The notes: generated by a model not told the origin, from the letters alone. 59,293 bases of DNA from a virus (IMGVR_UViG_3300029286_000042:1-59293), one strand, 5' to 3'. Positions 19,664-30,392 are shown, counted from the stretch's first letter. Numbers and translations: made by a program.

Positions 19664-20275
19664 TCAGTCCCAGTGCACGCGCACCCGCTGTCCACCACCC
19701 GGAGAGATCTCGGACTGCTTCATGAGGGCGCCGACCCGATCCTCCCCCCCATCACCGACGATGCCCGTCGCCAGATCTCGGAGCGTCCCGATGCACGGCC
19801 AGTAGCCGGCCTTCGCATACTTGAAGGCACGGCGCAGCGAATCCAGGGCGAAGTCCGGGTCGATCCGGTTCACCGCGAGATGGCGGCGTAGGGTCGAGGT
19901 GATTGCCTCAAGCGTCGCCAGAAGTGTGCCGTCGCTTCCGACAATGAACTGGCAGAGGCAGAAGTCGAACGAGTCCACCACCTCACCCGGCGACCCAAAG
20001 AAGCGATGTTTGATCGCCTGAATCCGGCGAGGCGACTCCCACATCATGTAGGTGTCGGTCGTCACCGCCAGCTCGCGCTGTAGCCCGTTCAACTCGATGA
20101 AGGTGTCAAGCTCATCGACATCAGAGAAGAACACGTCGACGTCGCTCTCCTGCGGCTCGCCCGTGAACCAGCGACGCGCAGCCCCTCCCGCGATCCACGC
20201 ATTGTACGGCAGCTTCAGCGTTGGCTTCTCTCCCAGGCACTGCGACTGCGGGACGCGAATCAGCAGAGCAGCCAT
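19664..20275 (-). CDS. Nucleotidyltransferase (Pol-beta / poly(A) polymerase head-like)
   Basis: WIAGGAAR..SDVDVFF (GG..DxD), IQAI, FDFCLCQF. Confidence 0.78.
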   Translation of the reverse strand: MAALLIRVPQSQCLGEKPTLKLPYNAWIAGGAARRWFTGEPQESDVDVFFSDVDELDTFIELNGLQRELAVTTDTYMMWESPRRIQAIKHRFFGSPGEVVDSFDFCLCQFIVGSDGTLLATLEAITSTLRRHLAVNRIDPDFALDSLRRAFKYAKAGYWPCIGTLRDLATGIVGDGGEDRVGALMKQSEISPGGGQRVRVHWD

Positions 20276-20793
20276 CAGCGCACCCTTCGATGCTTCGGAG
20301 ACAGCGCCATCCTCACAAGCACGGCAAGAACGAACAGCACCAGCGCGACGAGCACCCCGTTGACCTGGACCCATCCGAACGAAACCTGCCGCGCACGCTT
20401 GAAGAACTCCATCGTGTTGGTGAGCGTGTACTCGAACTCATCCTGCGTAAGCTGCATCATCCCTTGGCTGTAGCCTAGCGCCGAAGGATCGACGGCCGCC
20501 AGCTGTTCGCAGCGCACCGCCAAGCCCCGCAGAATGTCGAGCTGGTTCGACGTCTTGAGGTTGGCTCTCTTCACCACCCATGATCCGTACTCCGGGAGAC
20601 CGGCGTCCTCCGCCTCTCCAATGAACTCGCGGACGTACTTCGCCTTATCCCCAGGCAAACTCGCATCGTAAGCGAGCTGGAGGTTCGACGTGAACGCTTC
20701 CGCCTCCATGTGCCGCCACGCAGTCAGACCGCCCAACCCCAGCAACACCACACCGAGAACCACGACAACCAACGTACTCGCCCGCATAGTCAC
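20275..20793 (-). CDS. Membrane protein (N- and C-terminal TM)
   Basis: Two TM helices flanking a soluble domain. Confidence 0.65.
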   Translation of the reverse strand: MTMRASTLVVVVLGVVLLGLGGLTAWRHMEAEAFTSNLQLAYDASLPGDKAKYVREFIGEAEDAGLPEYGSWVVKRANLKTSNQLDILRGLAVRCEQLAAVDPSALGYSQGMMQLTQDEFEYTLTNTMEFFKRARQVSFGWVQVNGVLVALVLFVLAVLVRMALSPKHRRVR

Positions 20794-21281
20794 TCCTCAT
20801 GCTCCTTGAGATCATCCAACCGCTTCGGGGTGAGGGCTTCCGCCAACTTCCCACCAAGCGGCACGCCGTAGACGCGCCACCCATTCGAGTAGCGGTACGC
20901 GGTCGCCTTCCCCACCTTCTCCGCCTCTGCCCTTGTCCCGTACACTTCGACAGTATCCCAGTTGTCGTTGTGCGGCCTTCTCTTCCCTCTTCGCGCTTGG
21001 AGCAAGAAGACCACATCTCTCGTGATCTCCGCTCGGATCTCCGCCCGTCTATCGCCAAGCGCCTCGATGATCGCGTCCGCCGCCCGTCGGAGTCGCAAGT
21101 ACGGCGCCATGTACTCGGCTAGCGACTTGTCGCCCAGACCTCCGCCGACTCTCCCACATCCCTCGCATGGATGCGTCCGATGGCTCAAGCACCCAGGATG
21201 CGAGCACGGCCCGCCAGGCCCCGTACTCGGCGGAAGCAGTTCAGCCGCTATCGGCCCTGGCTTTCCGAGAGACATGAGCAC
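20790..21281 (-). CDS. Hypothetical protein with CxHPGCxxHxTHPCEGC motif
   Basis: Metal-binding motif; coupled ORF. Confidence 0.55.
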   Translation of the reverse strand: MLMSLGKPGPIAAELLPPSTGPGGPCSHPGCLSHRTHPCEGCGRVGGGLGDKSLAEYMAPYLRLRRAADAIIEALGDRRAEIRAEITRDVVFLLQARRGKRRPHNDNWDTVEVYGTRAEAEKVGKATAYRYSNGWRVYGVPLGGKLAEALTPKRLDDLKEHEE

Positions 21282-21533
21282 CGATCACCTCCGCGATTGT
21301 CATGTTCCCCCGCTTGTTCAGGCCCATGTCGTAGAGAGCATCGAGCAAGGCGAAGAAGGTCGAGCGCGGCAAGCATCCGCAGTTCCGGTACCATCGCCGC
21401 CCCTTCCCTCCATCGCTCAAACAGACCAGTAGCCAGCCCTTCCGAGAGGCGCGCAACGGAGCGACCTTCCCACACCCGATGCACGAGTGCTCGGACCGTC
21501 GGCGCTCAACTTCGAACGGCGCGGGCTTCCTCA

Positions 21534-22322
21534 TCACCATGGAGCCCTCGCGCATGCGTCCCGCATCTCTCGATGGCGCCCAGACCTCACCGCGTCGATG
21601 AATGCGCGCCCACAGTTCGTGCCAAGCCACTGGATGATCGACGCCGCGACCGTCGCATCACGCTGAGAGACGATGGCCCTTCCCCCACGCGGCGCCAAGA
21701 TCGAGACGAGCGCCGGCGGCGTGTTGCGCTTGCCATTCTCCCAGCGCCAGGCCTCCGCGAACTCCTTCTCCTCCACCGATACGCCCTGCTCCACCAGTTC
21801 AGGAGCGATCCGGTCGGCGTGCACCGCATCATGCTTCAGTTCATCGAACTGCGCCGGCACTCCGCGCGCCCTGAGTTCTTGGAGGACCGCCAGCCGATCG
21901 TCTGTCACCCGGTCGAGCTTCGCCCCCAGATCGCACAGTAACTGCTGAGCGATCTCCGGAGCAGCTCTGTCGAGGGCCGAGGCCAGCCACCCCTTGAGTG
22001 GGCTCTCGCTCTCGCCCATGAACGCCGGACGATGTGGCCTCACCGTGTACCGAACGACGACGGTCCCGGTGAGGGTCCTCTTTTCCTCGACTGTCACAAC
22101 GTCGTAATGCTCGCCGTCTTTGACGATACGATCCCCGACCCCCGCGTATCGCGAGTCGAGGTCCCCCCGCGTCTCGACGACCCACAAGAGAGAACCACGC
22201 TGGTCGACTACGATCTCGGAGAGGCTCCTCGTGCCCTTCTCCTTCGCGAAGAACTCTTCACGGATCGCAGCTCGCCCCGTCGGCCCGCGCCGACCCTCAC
22301 CCTCTGAAGAGATCAGACCCAT
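21534..22322 (-). CDS. Hypothetical protein
   Basis: ORF with RBS. Confidence 0.55.
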   Translation of the reverse strand: MGLISSEGEGRRGPTGRAAIREEFFAKEKGTRSLSEIVVDQRGSLLWVVETRGDLDSRYAGVGDRIVKDGEHYDVVTVEEKRTLTGTVVVRYTVRPHRPAFMGESESPLKGWLASALDRAAPEIAQQLLCDLGAKLDRVTDDRLAVLQELRARGVPAQFDELKHDAVHADRIAPELVEQGVSVEEKEFAEAWRWENGKRNTPPALVSILAPRGGRAIVSQRDATVAASIIQWLGTNCGRAFIDAVRSGRHREMRDACARAPW

Positions 22323-22336
22323 CCCCCCGCCCTCCT

Positions 22337-22876
22337 TCACTGCCCCAAGAACGGCCCGAGCGTCACCGAGTCCTCGTCGTACCACAGAGTGAACGGCTGG
22401 CGAATATCGATCGCCTCAGGCAGCGCAACCCACCCGATCACCGTCTCGTAGAGAAGGCCTCCGCCGAACGCATCATCCCACTTCATGACGTCAGACGAAG
22501 AGATCTCGAACTGCTTCCGACCCTGCGTGACGACAAGACGCAATGGGTGCCAGTAGAAGCGTCCAGGCTCAGGAGTGATGACCGTGACGAGTAGTGCTTC
22601 CCGCCCCGGCCACGTTCCGCCGAGGACCCGCATCACCGCAGATATGGCCGCGACCTCATCCGTCGTACTCGTCCCCCACGCCAGGGCCAGCGAGTCGCTT
22701 GTGCACCAGAATGCGTGTATCGTGAGCCCAGACGAACCAGACAACGTGTGGACCTGCAAGAACCCCTGCCAGCGATCCGGCAGCGCCCCCGGCCCCGCGA
22801 CGCCGAGTGCCATCACCCCGACCAGAGCCACCACCAACACCGCCACAAGAACGCGCCCAACGATTCCCCGCTCCAT
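22337..22876 (-). CDS. Exported hypothetical protein
   Basis: N-terminal signal peptide-like sequence. Confidence 0.65.
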   Translation of the reverse strand: MERGIVGRVLVAVLVVALVGVMALGVAGPGALPDRWQGFLQVHTLSGSSGLTIHAFWCTSDSLALAWGTSTTDEVAAISAVMRVLGGTWPGREALLVTVITPEPGRFYWHPLRLVVTQGRKQFEISSSDVMKWDDAFGGGLLYETVIGWVALPEAIDIRQPFTLWYDEDSVTLGPFLGQ

Positions 22877-22891
22877 GTACTCCCCCTTCCT

Positions 22892-23362
22892 CTAGCTGAC
22901 CAGCACCGATTGAGGCGCCGGCACCTCTTCACGCTTGCCCCCGCGCAGTCTCGCAGCCCACGACCTCGCGTATCGCTCGATCTGGTTCAGCGAGGACCTG
23001 TTGCGCTCCTCCATCTCAGCCTTGAACGTCACCAACTTCTCAGGATCAGTGATCGCCTGGCACGCGGCGTCGTAGGTGCGCCGCTCCACCCTGCCGATCG
23101 TCGCGAAGGTATCGAGCGCCGCAGCGATCTCCTCGGCCCTCGCCGTCATGAACTCTGAGAGAGACATCCCCAACCACTCGCGACACGCCGCTTCGACCTG
23201 CTCCTCAGATGCCCCGAAGAGCATCCCTCCGCAGTCCTCGTAGCTTTCATCGTGCACCGAGTATTGGCCCTGTCCGACGATCAGCGCACACGCGCACGCC
23301 ACGGCGTTCGAATCCGCGAGGAATGTGATTGGATCGCTTGGGTTGATAAGTTCGTAGACCAT
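22892..23362 (-). CDS. Conserved phage hypothetical protein
   Basis: YELINPSD..RSSLNQI..A pattern; promoter upstream. Confidence 0.65.
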   Translation of the reverse strand: MVYELINPSDPITFLADSNAVACACALIVGQGQYSVHDESYEDCGGMLFGASEEQVEAACREWLGMSLSEFMTARAEEIAAALDTFATIGRVERRTYDAACQAITDPEKLVTFKAEMEERNRSSLNQIERYARSWAARLRGGKREEVPAPQSVLVS

Positions 23363-23437
23363 CGCCCGCCCTCCACTCTAGACACCATAGCTGGCAGCCC
23401 TACCTGCCCAACGCTAACGACTCCGCTCGTTCAGCAC

Positions 23438-23466
23438 ACTATACCTGAAGGTCCCAACGGAAACAA
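23438..23466 (-). promoter_or_regulatory. sigma70-like promoter (TCAGG class)
   Basis: TTGTTT-N17-TATAGT with TCAGG just before the -10, intergenic. Confidence 0.55.
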
Positions 23467-23484
23467 GCCCGAGTGCGCAGCATC

Positions 23485-24411
23485 TCACTCATACCACGGC
23501 AGCGTGTCGTAGAGTATCCCCCCCAGGTGCCGCCCTGCGGCCTGCCGCCCTACCCGCTGCACGGTCACCGCCTGACCACGAGGACCGCGCGCCGCAGGGC
23601 GCGTCGCCCCATCGCGCTCGACGTAGAGCGCCGACTTCGCAGCCTGGACGCTATTCGCGACAGACTCCGGACACCACTCCCCCCAACCCTTGAACAGGAA
23701 TGGGATGCGTGCTCCTTCCATCTCCTTCGCCAACTCCAGCGGCCAGTCCGGGTGCATCGGTCGAGCGCCCCTTCCCGTCTCCCCACCGCAGACAACCGCA
23801 TCGAGAGCGAGTCCAGGTCTGTGCTTGAACAGCCCAACCTCACCCGTCAACTGCAAGGAACCGAGCATCGGCTCAACGCTCACCCAATGCCCGGCAGCAG
23901 GGCACTGCATAAGCCAGTCCAGCCGGTCGACGAACTGCTGTTCTTCGATCGTCGTCCCGAGCCACACGTTCGGGAGCGGATGATAGCCAGCACCCTCCTT
24001 CGCGAAGAACGCCGCCATGCGCTCTGGCCGCTTGGTCAGGATTAGGAATGTGTGCCGAGGGCAGTGCGCCGCCACCCCAAGCAACGCGCGTACCGCATCG
24101 TCCTCCACCCCCGGATGAAAGAGATCGTTCCACACGCAGAAGACCGTGGGGATCTTCGTCGATGTCGGGACGTTGAGTGCTTCATCCATCACCCGCACGC
24201 ACCCGTTGAACGCCCCGTCAGCACGGTTGAGCCCGTGGTACCGCATGACGATCTTCGGGTTGGACTGTGCCGCCCTCATCTTTGTCTGTGCCGCCGCCCA
24301 GCAATTCCTGCACCCCGCCGACACCGGCGAACACCCCTCGACGTACGACAGCGCCCTGTCCCAGTAAAGGCCGCGCGCTCTGCTCTCCGCCCGCTTTTCG
24401 TCGTCGTTCAT
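23485..24411 (-). CDS. DUF5131 / phage Gp37-Gp68 family protein
   Basis: GCSPVSAGCRNCWA, DLFH, HTFLILTKRPERM, PNVWLGTTIE, SVEPML, GGETG..ARPMHP.W, PFLFK.WG. Confidence 0.9.
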   Translation of the reverse strand: MNDDEKRAESRARGLYWDRALSYVEGCSPVSAGCRNCWAAAQTKMRAAQSNPKIVMRYHGLNRADGAFNGCVRVMDEALNVPTSTKIPTVFCVWNDLFHPGVEDDAVRALLGVAAHCPRHTFLILTKRPERMAAFFAKEGAGYHPLPNVWLGTTIEEQQFVDRLDWLMQCPAAGHWVSVEPMLGSLQLTGEVGLFKHRPGLALDAVVCGGETGRGARPMHPDWPLELAKEMEGARIPFLFKGWGEWCPESVANSVQAAKSALYVERDGATRPAARGPRGQAVTVQRVGRQAAGRHLGGILYDTLPWYE

Positions 24412-24961
24412 TCAATCCGCCCCCACTCCACGACTTCTGACCGGACCCAGAGCTTTGGGAGAAAGCCTAGACCCTCTTCCATCCCCCAACCAGGGAACGC
24501 CGCATACGCCTTCGCGATGCCGTCGAGGTGTGCGACGAGAGGGAACCAGCGAGGCGAGTAGGCTAGGCTCCCCGACTCCACATCTCTGATGAGATTCATC
24601 GGATCGAGAACGACCCCGCCATGCACACGCTCAGGGTCCGCGATCATCGGATAGAGGCCAACCGTCGACGCCAAGAGAATGAACTCGCCCCGGACCTCGA
24701 GCCGCACCCCCGTCGGCAGCTCGCAGCGCCACGTCCCGAACTGATTCCACATTCGGCGAGGCGCAACTCCTTCTGGAAGGACAGGCGTGGCGACCGCATG
24801 CTTCTTCGCCGCGAGGAGGGCGCTACGATATTGCTCACCGTTCACAGAAACACCATCCCACAAAGGAGCAGCCGGTCCACCAGGCGGGCGACCCGGTGAG
24901 ACCGGCCTTTAGAGCGGAGTCGTCTGATCGTTTCAGGCGGGAGATGCAAGACGACGGCTGG

Positions 24962-24991
24962 ATTGTATGCGACACCAGCAACAGAGGTCAA
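24962..24991 (-). promoter_or_regulatory. sigma70-like promoter
   Basis: TTGACC-N18-TACAAT upstream of a structured leader. Confidence 0.45.
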
Positions 24992-26024
24992 GCCTCCGCC
25001 TCGTGCGCCGCCAGGACCGCCTTGACTCCTTCCAGTAGGCGCTTGCGACTCTCCCCCATGAATCTGAGCTTCCCAGCCGACGTGTAGACGAAGAGGTAGA
25101 GCTCCGCACAGTCCCGCACCTCGTAGACATCGCCGAGCGCCTCCATCGGCTTGCAACGCGCCCCACACGCCAGGTGCATCTCGGCGACCCCTTCGACTTC
25201 CCCCTTCTCCACTGGCCGACACTCCCGGTCGATGAAGTGAATCACGAAGACCGCCTCCGGTGCTCAGAAGCCAGTGCCGAACGCGATTCCTGCTTCTTCA
25301 CATCCTCATCGTCCGGTGCATCGACGCGCACTGGTTTCACCGCACCACACTTTGAACACTCCGCCACCGTCTTCCCTCCCTGCACCTTCGCCCTAGGCCA
25401 GATCCTGAGGTAGCCAGTGTCAGCCCCGCACTCGTCGCACTTAGGGTTGCCCAGAATCTTCATGCGCCGACCTCCTCCCCTCGACAGAACGCCGCCGCCG
25501 CGCGTGACGCGATCTCTTCCAGAGTCTCGCTCGGATTCTCGCGGTAGCCTTCGATTCCTTCGGCAATAGAGCGCCAGAGTTCCGCGATCCACACCGCCGC
25601 CTGCTTGACCGCCAGAGAGAGCGCGCGCATCGCCTCACCCACCTCGTCCAGCGTCACCCCGATACGCGCCCGGCTCAGTGACATAGAGAGCACCGCGGCC
25701 CCATGCCTGCGCAGCCACTCACTCTCTCGGCGTGTTACCCTGGCATGTGGTTCGCCACGCGCTTCCGCCAACAGCTTCCCGACGAGCTTCGCCTGGCGCC
25801 TTTTGTTCATCTCTCATCCCCGCCCCTTCGTGTAGCCCTTCGCCCGATACCCTACCGCCACACGCGGAGGCAAGACCAGGACAGGCCCCAACATCTCACA
25901 GTACGGGCATGGATAGTGCCTCCGCGTCGAGAAGCCGATAGACGCATCATCCAACGGCAACGAAGCCGTGAACTCCTCCCCACACCCCGAACACTCCACA
26001 CGGCAGGACCGCGTCGCGCTCCGC

Positions 26025-27098
26025 TCATCGCTCGTCCCCATCTCCCTCCGCCCCTCCTTCTGGCGCCGGCAGCGTCTCTTCCGCCATCGGCAGCTCGGTG
26101 AGGTCGACGACCTTCAGCATGTTGCCATCGGCGTCTTGAAGCCCGCCCGTCTTGCCCCTCTTCCACTTCCAACCCTTCACAAGCCGCCCGAGGGCGAAGA
26201 CCACGACATCAGCCCCCTGGTTCTCAGGCTGTTCGAGAACCTTCTCCACATCGAACGCCCGGTAGACGCGGATCTGCGGATCGATCTCGATCTCTTCGCG
26301 CATCCCCGCCCCTTCGTGACCATCACACGACATCGGATCGGTGAACACCGCGTACAGCCCAGCCGTTCGGCTCGTGATCCCGAGGTCTGCGAGCTTCTGC
26401 TTCGCCTCCGCCTTCCCGAGGCCGACCATCTCCACGAGGAATGCCTGCACCCCGTCCCGGTCGAGCGTGCCGAACAGTCGTCGCGCCGAGCAGTTCATGA
26501 GGATCTCGACGAAGCTCGTGGGCAACCCTACCGGCCACGCCAAGTCGTGCTGCTCCAACCACTCCGCCGCCAGAGCCTCACGCATCGCCACTTCCGAGTC
26601 GAAGCCGTGCGCCCGGAAGAACGCCTCTGGACTCACCGCCTCCGGGTCCAAGAGATCGAAGCCCCGGTAGAGTTCGAGCATCGCGCACGCCCTCGACCCC
26701 TCAACGCGCTGCACTCCCTCCATCGACCCGAGAATCGCTCGCAACCGCTTCACGCGCTGTAGGACGTGAACGTAGAGCTGGTCATGAGGAACACGCACGC
26801 CGTCGCGATCTTCGACTTCCAAGATCGGCGCCGGCCTCCCATCCTCGTCCGTGTGCGCCATGTCGCAAGCCACAATCTTGAATCCATCCAGATGCAACTT
26901 CTGCGGATGGCACAACGGGCACCCGAGATTGAGCTTCTCTGGCTGGTTGCACTCCGCATCTTCCGGCATCCCGCCCATCCCCTGATGGTCCGAGTGCACG
27001 AGGTGAACGCCCTCTGTGTAGGCGTGACGATGGAAGAACGCGCACGCCCCTTCTGTTCTCTCCGTGACCTGCTTCCTTGTCTGATCGCTGACTGGCAT
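26025..27098 (-). CDS. Hypothetical protein with N-terminal HNH-like motif
   Basis: H..HQGMGG..N..LNLGCPLCH. Confidence 0.5.
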   Translation of the reverse strand: MPVSDQTRKQVTERTEGACAFFHRHAYTEGVHLVHSDHQGMGGMPEDAECNQPEKLNLGCPLCHPQKLHLDGFKIVACDMAHTDEDGRPAPILEVEDRDGVRVPHDQLYVHVLQRVKRLRAILGSMEGVQRVEGSRACAMLELYRGFDLLDPEAVSPEAFFRAHGFDSEVAMREALAAEWLEQHDLAWPVGLPTSFVEILMNCSARRLFGTLDRDGVQAFLVEMVGLGKAEAKQKLADLGITSRTAGLYAVFTDPMSCDGHEGAGMREEIEIDPQIRVYRAFDVEKVLEQPENQGADVVVFALGRLVKGWKWKRGKTGGLQDADGNMLKVVDLTELPMAEETLPAPEGGAEGDGDER

Positions 27099-27100
27099 TG

Positions 27101-27751
27101 CTACACCCTCCCCGGCTTCTCGACGAGCTTCTTGTCGCGCCCCTGACCGACGAGAATTGTCTCCCACTTCAAGACCAAGAGCCACGGATTGAGCCTCGCC
27201 GGCCCGTGTAGGTCGGCGAACCACAGCAAGAAGTCCTCGACGCTCTCCGCCCCCTCTTCTCGGGCATCAGACTCCGTGAGATCGTTGAGTCGCTCCAGCT
27301 GCACGCTCGTCAAGAAGACGAGGAAGCGCGCCGCCCAATTCGGGAGGTGGAGCGATGGGTGACCGCCTTCCAACCGCTTGAAGTGCGCGAGGGTTTCGAG
27401 CATCTCCGGCTCAGGCTCGAACCCGTCGCCGCACACCGGATCAGACGCCGTGAACGTGATACGGCCACCGTGGAACGACCACGGCTCCCTGATCCAGAGC
27501 ATCGACTTCGCGCCACCGTACGGCGAGTCGACGACAACCTCTTCACCAGTCCGCGTATTCCTCAACTCCCACCGCCGCGTGCCGTTGACGGGCTCGCCTC
27601 CCGGAGCCCGCACGATCCACTCATCCGGCCTGATGTTGATCTCCGAGAGGCATGCAGGCATGCGCCGCGTCTGCCACTTCCTCCGCTCGCAGATCGCCCT
27701 CACGCCGCGCTCACACATCAGGAGCTGCTGCTTCTTCTCATCACTCGACAT
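27101..27751 (-). CDS. ASCH/PUA-like conserved phage protein
   Basis: K.QTRR, WIREPW, PSLHLP.WAARF..ERL.D.TE.DA..EG, NPW. Confidence 0.7.
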   Translation of the reverse strand: MSSDEKKQQLLMCERGVRAICERRKWQTRRMPACLSEINIRPDEWIVRAPGGEPVNGTRRWELRNTRTGEEVVVDSPYGGAKSMLWIREPWSFHGGRITFTASDPVCGDGFEPEPEMLETLAHFKRLEGGHPSLHLPNWAARFLVFLTSVQLERLNDLTESDAREEGAESVEDFLLWFADLHGPARLNPWLLVLKWETILVGQGRDKKLVEKPGRV

Positions 27752-30392
27752 CCGACACCCCTTCCTCGCTCACCGCTTCGTAGAACGTCGCCGACCGCTT
27801 GATGAAGACGACCTTCACCGCGCCAGGAGGCCCGTTCCGCTGCTTCGCGACGATGACCTCCGCCGGCACGCCATCGCGCACCCTCCCATCCTCCGGCGGA
27901 CCATCCTGCGAGTCGCCACGGTAGACGAAGAGGACGACGTCCGCATCCTGCTCGATCGCCCCCGAGTTATGATTCACGAGCCCGTCAGCTAACCACGAGG
28001 CAGGACCAGGAACCGTCAGATCGTAGACCTGCTCCTCGCCGTCAGGTTCGATGCTGACTATTGTGTCCCAAAAGAGGTCGTCCGTTGCCGCGCGCCGCAG
28101 CTCCGCATCGTTGAGTATCCTAGCGTAATCTAGGATCGTGCTTCGCGAGGGAGCGAACTTGAAGTGCGCCGATCCACCATAAGCAGTGCCGCGCGCCGAA
28201 GCCATTGCTCTGGTCGTGATACCCTTCGCCACCATCACTGCGCGAACCCTTGAGAAGATCTCTTTTGGAAGTGTGTCGATATTCGTGTTCACCGACGTTC
28301 GCGCGAGCATGTCTTCGAGCCTCCGCGCGTTATCCACGCGCGGGCCGAATGCTCCGACAAACTCAAGGAACCTCCGCTGATCCGGCGAACCTGAGACGTC
28401 CACCGTGTACAAGGTCGATCCCTTCGACGCGACTGTGCGAATCCGCCCAACGATCCTGAATCGAAGCAGCAAAGCAGCGACGTCCTCAACCAACGCGCGG
28501 CTGCACGTAGCGAAATAGACTCTCGCCCGCTCTGGAGTGATACCGCTCGGCGAGACCCATATGCAGCCGTCCGTAGCCCACAGGTGGCGCAGCAAGAGCG
28601 CGATCTGATCATTCCGAAGACAGAAGACGGCACCAGGGAGATGCTTTTCGTGAGATCGCTGGTTCCAGATTCCCAATTCGCGGAGCCAGGCATTCACTCC
28701 GGCACGATGCCATCGGTTCCCGTTGCCTTTGATGACGAGTTGGTGCCAATTCCCACGCCCTGCGTGTCGGGTGGATTCGCAGCCGAATCCACGCAGCGCA
28801 GCGGTCACAACAGCCTCGCTATTCTCTTCGGAAGAGGTAGTGTACCTGAGGGGACGGTGGGTCAGATAACTGCCATCGCCAACAAGATGCCCAAGCAGAA
28901 TGACTTTCTCCTCTTCCCATACCTCAGGAGCAGATGGCTCAGGCGCCACACGCGCCATCGCCATTCGTTCTCCGACCGCCATGCTCTCGATGCGTCGCCA
29001 ACCGCGTCCCGTTAGGAATCGATGCCGTGCAGTCACTCGGATGAAACGCCCGCTTGAGGTGGTTATCTTGAATACAGGCCGCACGCCAACGGGCCACACA
29101 GCATCGCTCTGAGCCCGCACGACAGAGCCGGCTTCCGATACGGCAAGCACTTCCGGAGACTTGCCTGTTAGGTCTGAGATGCTCACGCGCCGCCCATCTG
29201 CGAGCATTACCCTCGTCTCGCCTGTCACGCATTCCCTCAAGTCTGAGAGCCGAGGCCGCTTCGAGTCGCGCTTCTCCACCTCGCGACTGAGCTGCGACAC
29301 GGCGACGACCGGAAGGTTCAACTCGCGCGCCAACTTCTTGAGCGACCGTGTGATGTACGCGACCTCCTGCTCACGCGACGGCGTTTTGACTCCCGCCTCC
29401 ATGAGCTGAAGGTAGTCGACGAGTATCATGCGCAGATCAGGGTATTGGGCACACATCCTCCGCGCCCTAGCTCTGATGTCCACCACCGTCGCCCCCGGCG
29501 AGTCATCGATGAGCATACTGCCCAGGCGCAGACGCGGGACAGCAGAAACGATCTCGCGCCAGTCCTTTGTCTCCAAGAACCCCGTCCGCATCTTGTGGAG
29601 ATCCGTCCCCGATTCTCCAGTGAGCAGGCGTTCGAGCACTTGCTCCTTGGACATCTCCAGCGAGAAGAAGCCGATGGTCCCCTGGCTCTTCGTCAGCATG
29701 TTGCGGGCAAACGCCAGGACGAGGCTCGACTTCCCCGTTCCCGGTCGGCCAGCGACGACGATGAGATCCGACGGCATAAGGCCACCCGTCAACCCATCGA
29801 GCCGAGCGAAGTGGGTACGCACTCCGACACATCTCCCAGGGTCCTTGTGCCGCGCCTCCAACTCGCCGATGTGTTCGACGAAGAACGATTCAGCGGAGAC
29901 GAACGTCCGGCTTGTGCCACGGTTTGCGATGTCGAAGATCTCCGATTCCGACGCGTCGACGAGTTCAGCGACAGGCGACTGTTCATCGTACCCACGCTCC
30001 GCGATGATCCCACCGGCCTCGATCAGCGACCGGCGCATCGCCTTGTCACGGATCACCTTCGCGTAGTATTCGAGCGCCGTTACCGAAGCCCCCCTCGACA
30101 GCAGCTCGTTCAAGTAGAGGCGCCCGCCAGCCCTCTCCATCTCGCCCTGCGCCTCTAGATAGTTCGCGAGGAGGATGACGTCAATCGGCTCCCCTTCAGC
30201 GAACATCTGGACGAGCGCCCGGAAGATGACTCGATGCTTCTGGAGATAGAAGTCCGCCGCCTTGAGCGCCTCAACGGCAAACGGCACACCTTCCCCCTGA
30301 TACAGCAAGCAGCACCCGAGCAGCAGTTGCTCCGCCTCCACATTCTTCGGCAGCTCTCGTACGCCGCCGGCGCCCTCATCTTGCCCCGCCAT
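27741..30392 (-). CDS. dnaB: Replicative DNA helicase DnaB with intein
   Basis: LPKNVEAEQ N-domain, AGRPGTGKS, FSLEMS, VDYLQL, SQLSR, LSDLRE..SGAIEQDAD, KQRNGP. Confidence 0.95.
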   Translation of the reverse strand: MAGQDEGAGGVRELPKNVEAEQLLLGCCLLYQGEGVPFAVEALKAADFYLQKHRVIFRALVQMFAEGEPIDVILLANYLEAQGEMERAGGRLYLNELLSRGASVTALEYYAKVIRDKAMRRSLIEAGGIIAERGYDEQSPVAELVDASESEIFDIANRGTSRTFVSAESFFVEHIGELEARHKDPGRCVGVRTHFARLDGLTGGLMPSDLIVVAGRPGTGKSSLVLAFARNMLTKSQGTIGFFSLEMSKEQVLERLLTGESGTDLHKMRTGFLETKDWREIVSAVPRLRLGSMLIDDSPGATVVDIRARARRMCAQYPDLRMILVDYLQLMEAGVKTPSREQEVAYITRSLKKLARELNLPVVAVSQLSREVEKRDSKRPRLSDLRECVTGETRVMLADGRRVSISDLTGKSPEVLAVSEAGSVVRAQSDAVWPVGVRPVFKITTSSGRFIRVTARHRFLTGRGWRRIESMAVGERMAMARVAPEPSAPEVWEEEKVILLGHLVGDGSYLTHRPLRYTTSSEENSEAVVTAALRGFGCESTRHAGRGNWHQLVIKGNGNRWHRAGVNAWLRELGIWNQRSHEKHLPGAVFCLRNDQIALLLRHLWATDGCIWVSPSGITPERARVYFATCSRALVEDVAALLLRFRIVGRIRTVASKGSTLYTVDVSGSPDQRRFLEFVGAFGPRVDNARRLEDMLARTSVNTNIDTLPKEIFSRVRAVMVAKGITTRAMASARGTAYGGSAHFKFAPSRSTILDYARILNDAELRRAATDDLFWDTIVSIEPDGEEQVYDLTVPGPASWLADGLVNHNSGAIEQDADVVLFVYRGDSQDGPPEDGRVRDGVPAEVIVAKQRNGPPGAVKVVFIKRSATFYEAVSEEGVSDVE
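27966..29231 (-). mobile_element. Intein (422 aa) with LAGLIDADG homing endonuclease
   Basis: Starts CVTGET, block B TARHRF, LGHLVGDG and LRHLWATDG, ends VYDLTV..NHN followed by +1 Ser; in frame with dnaB. Confidence 0.93.
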
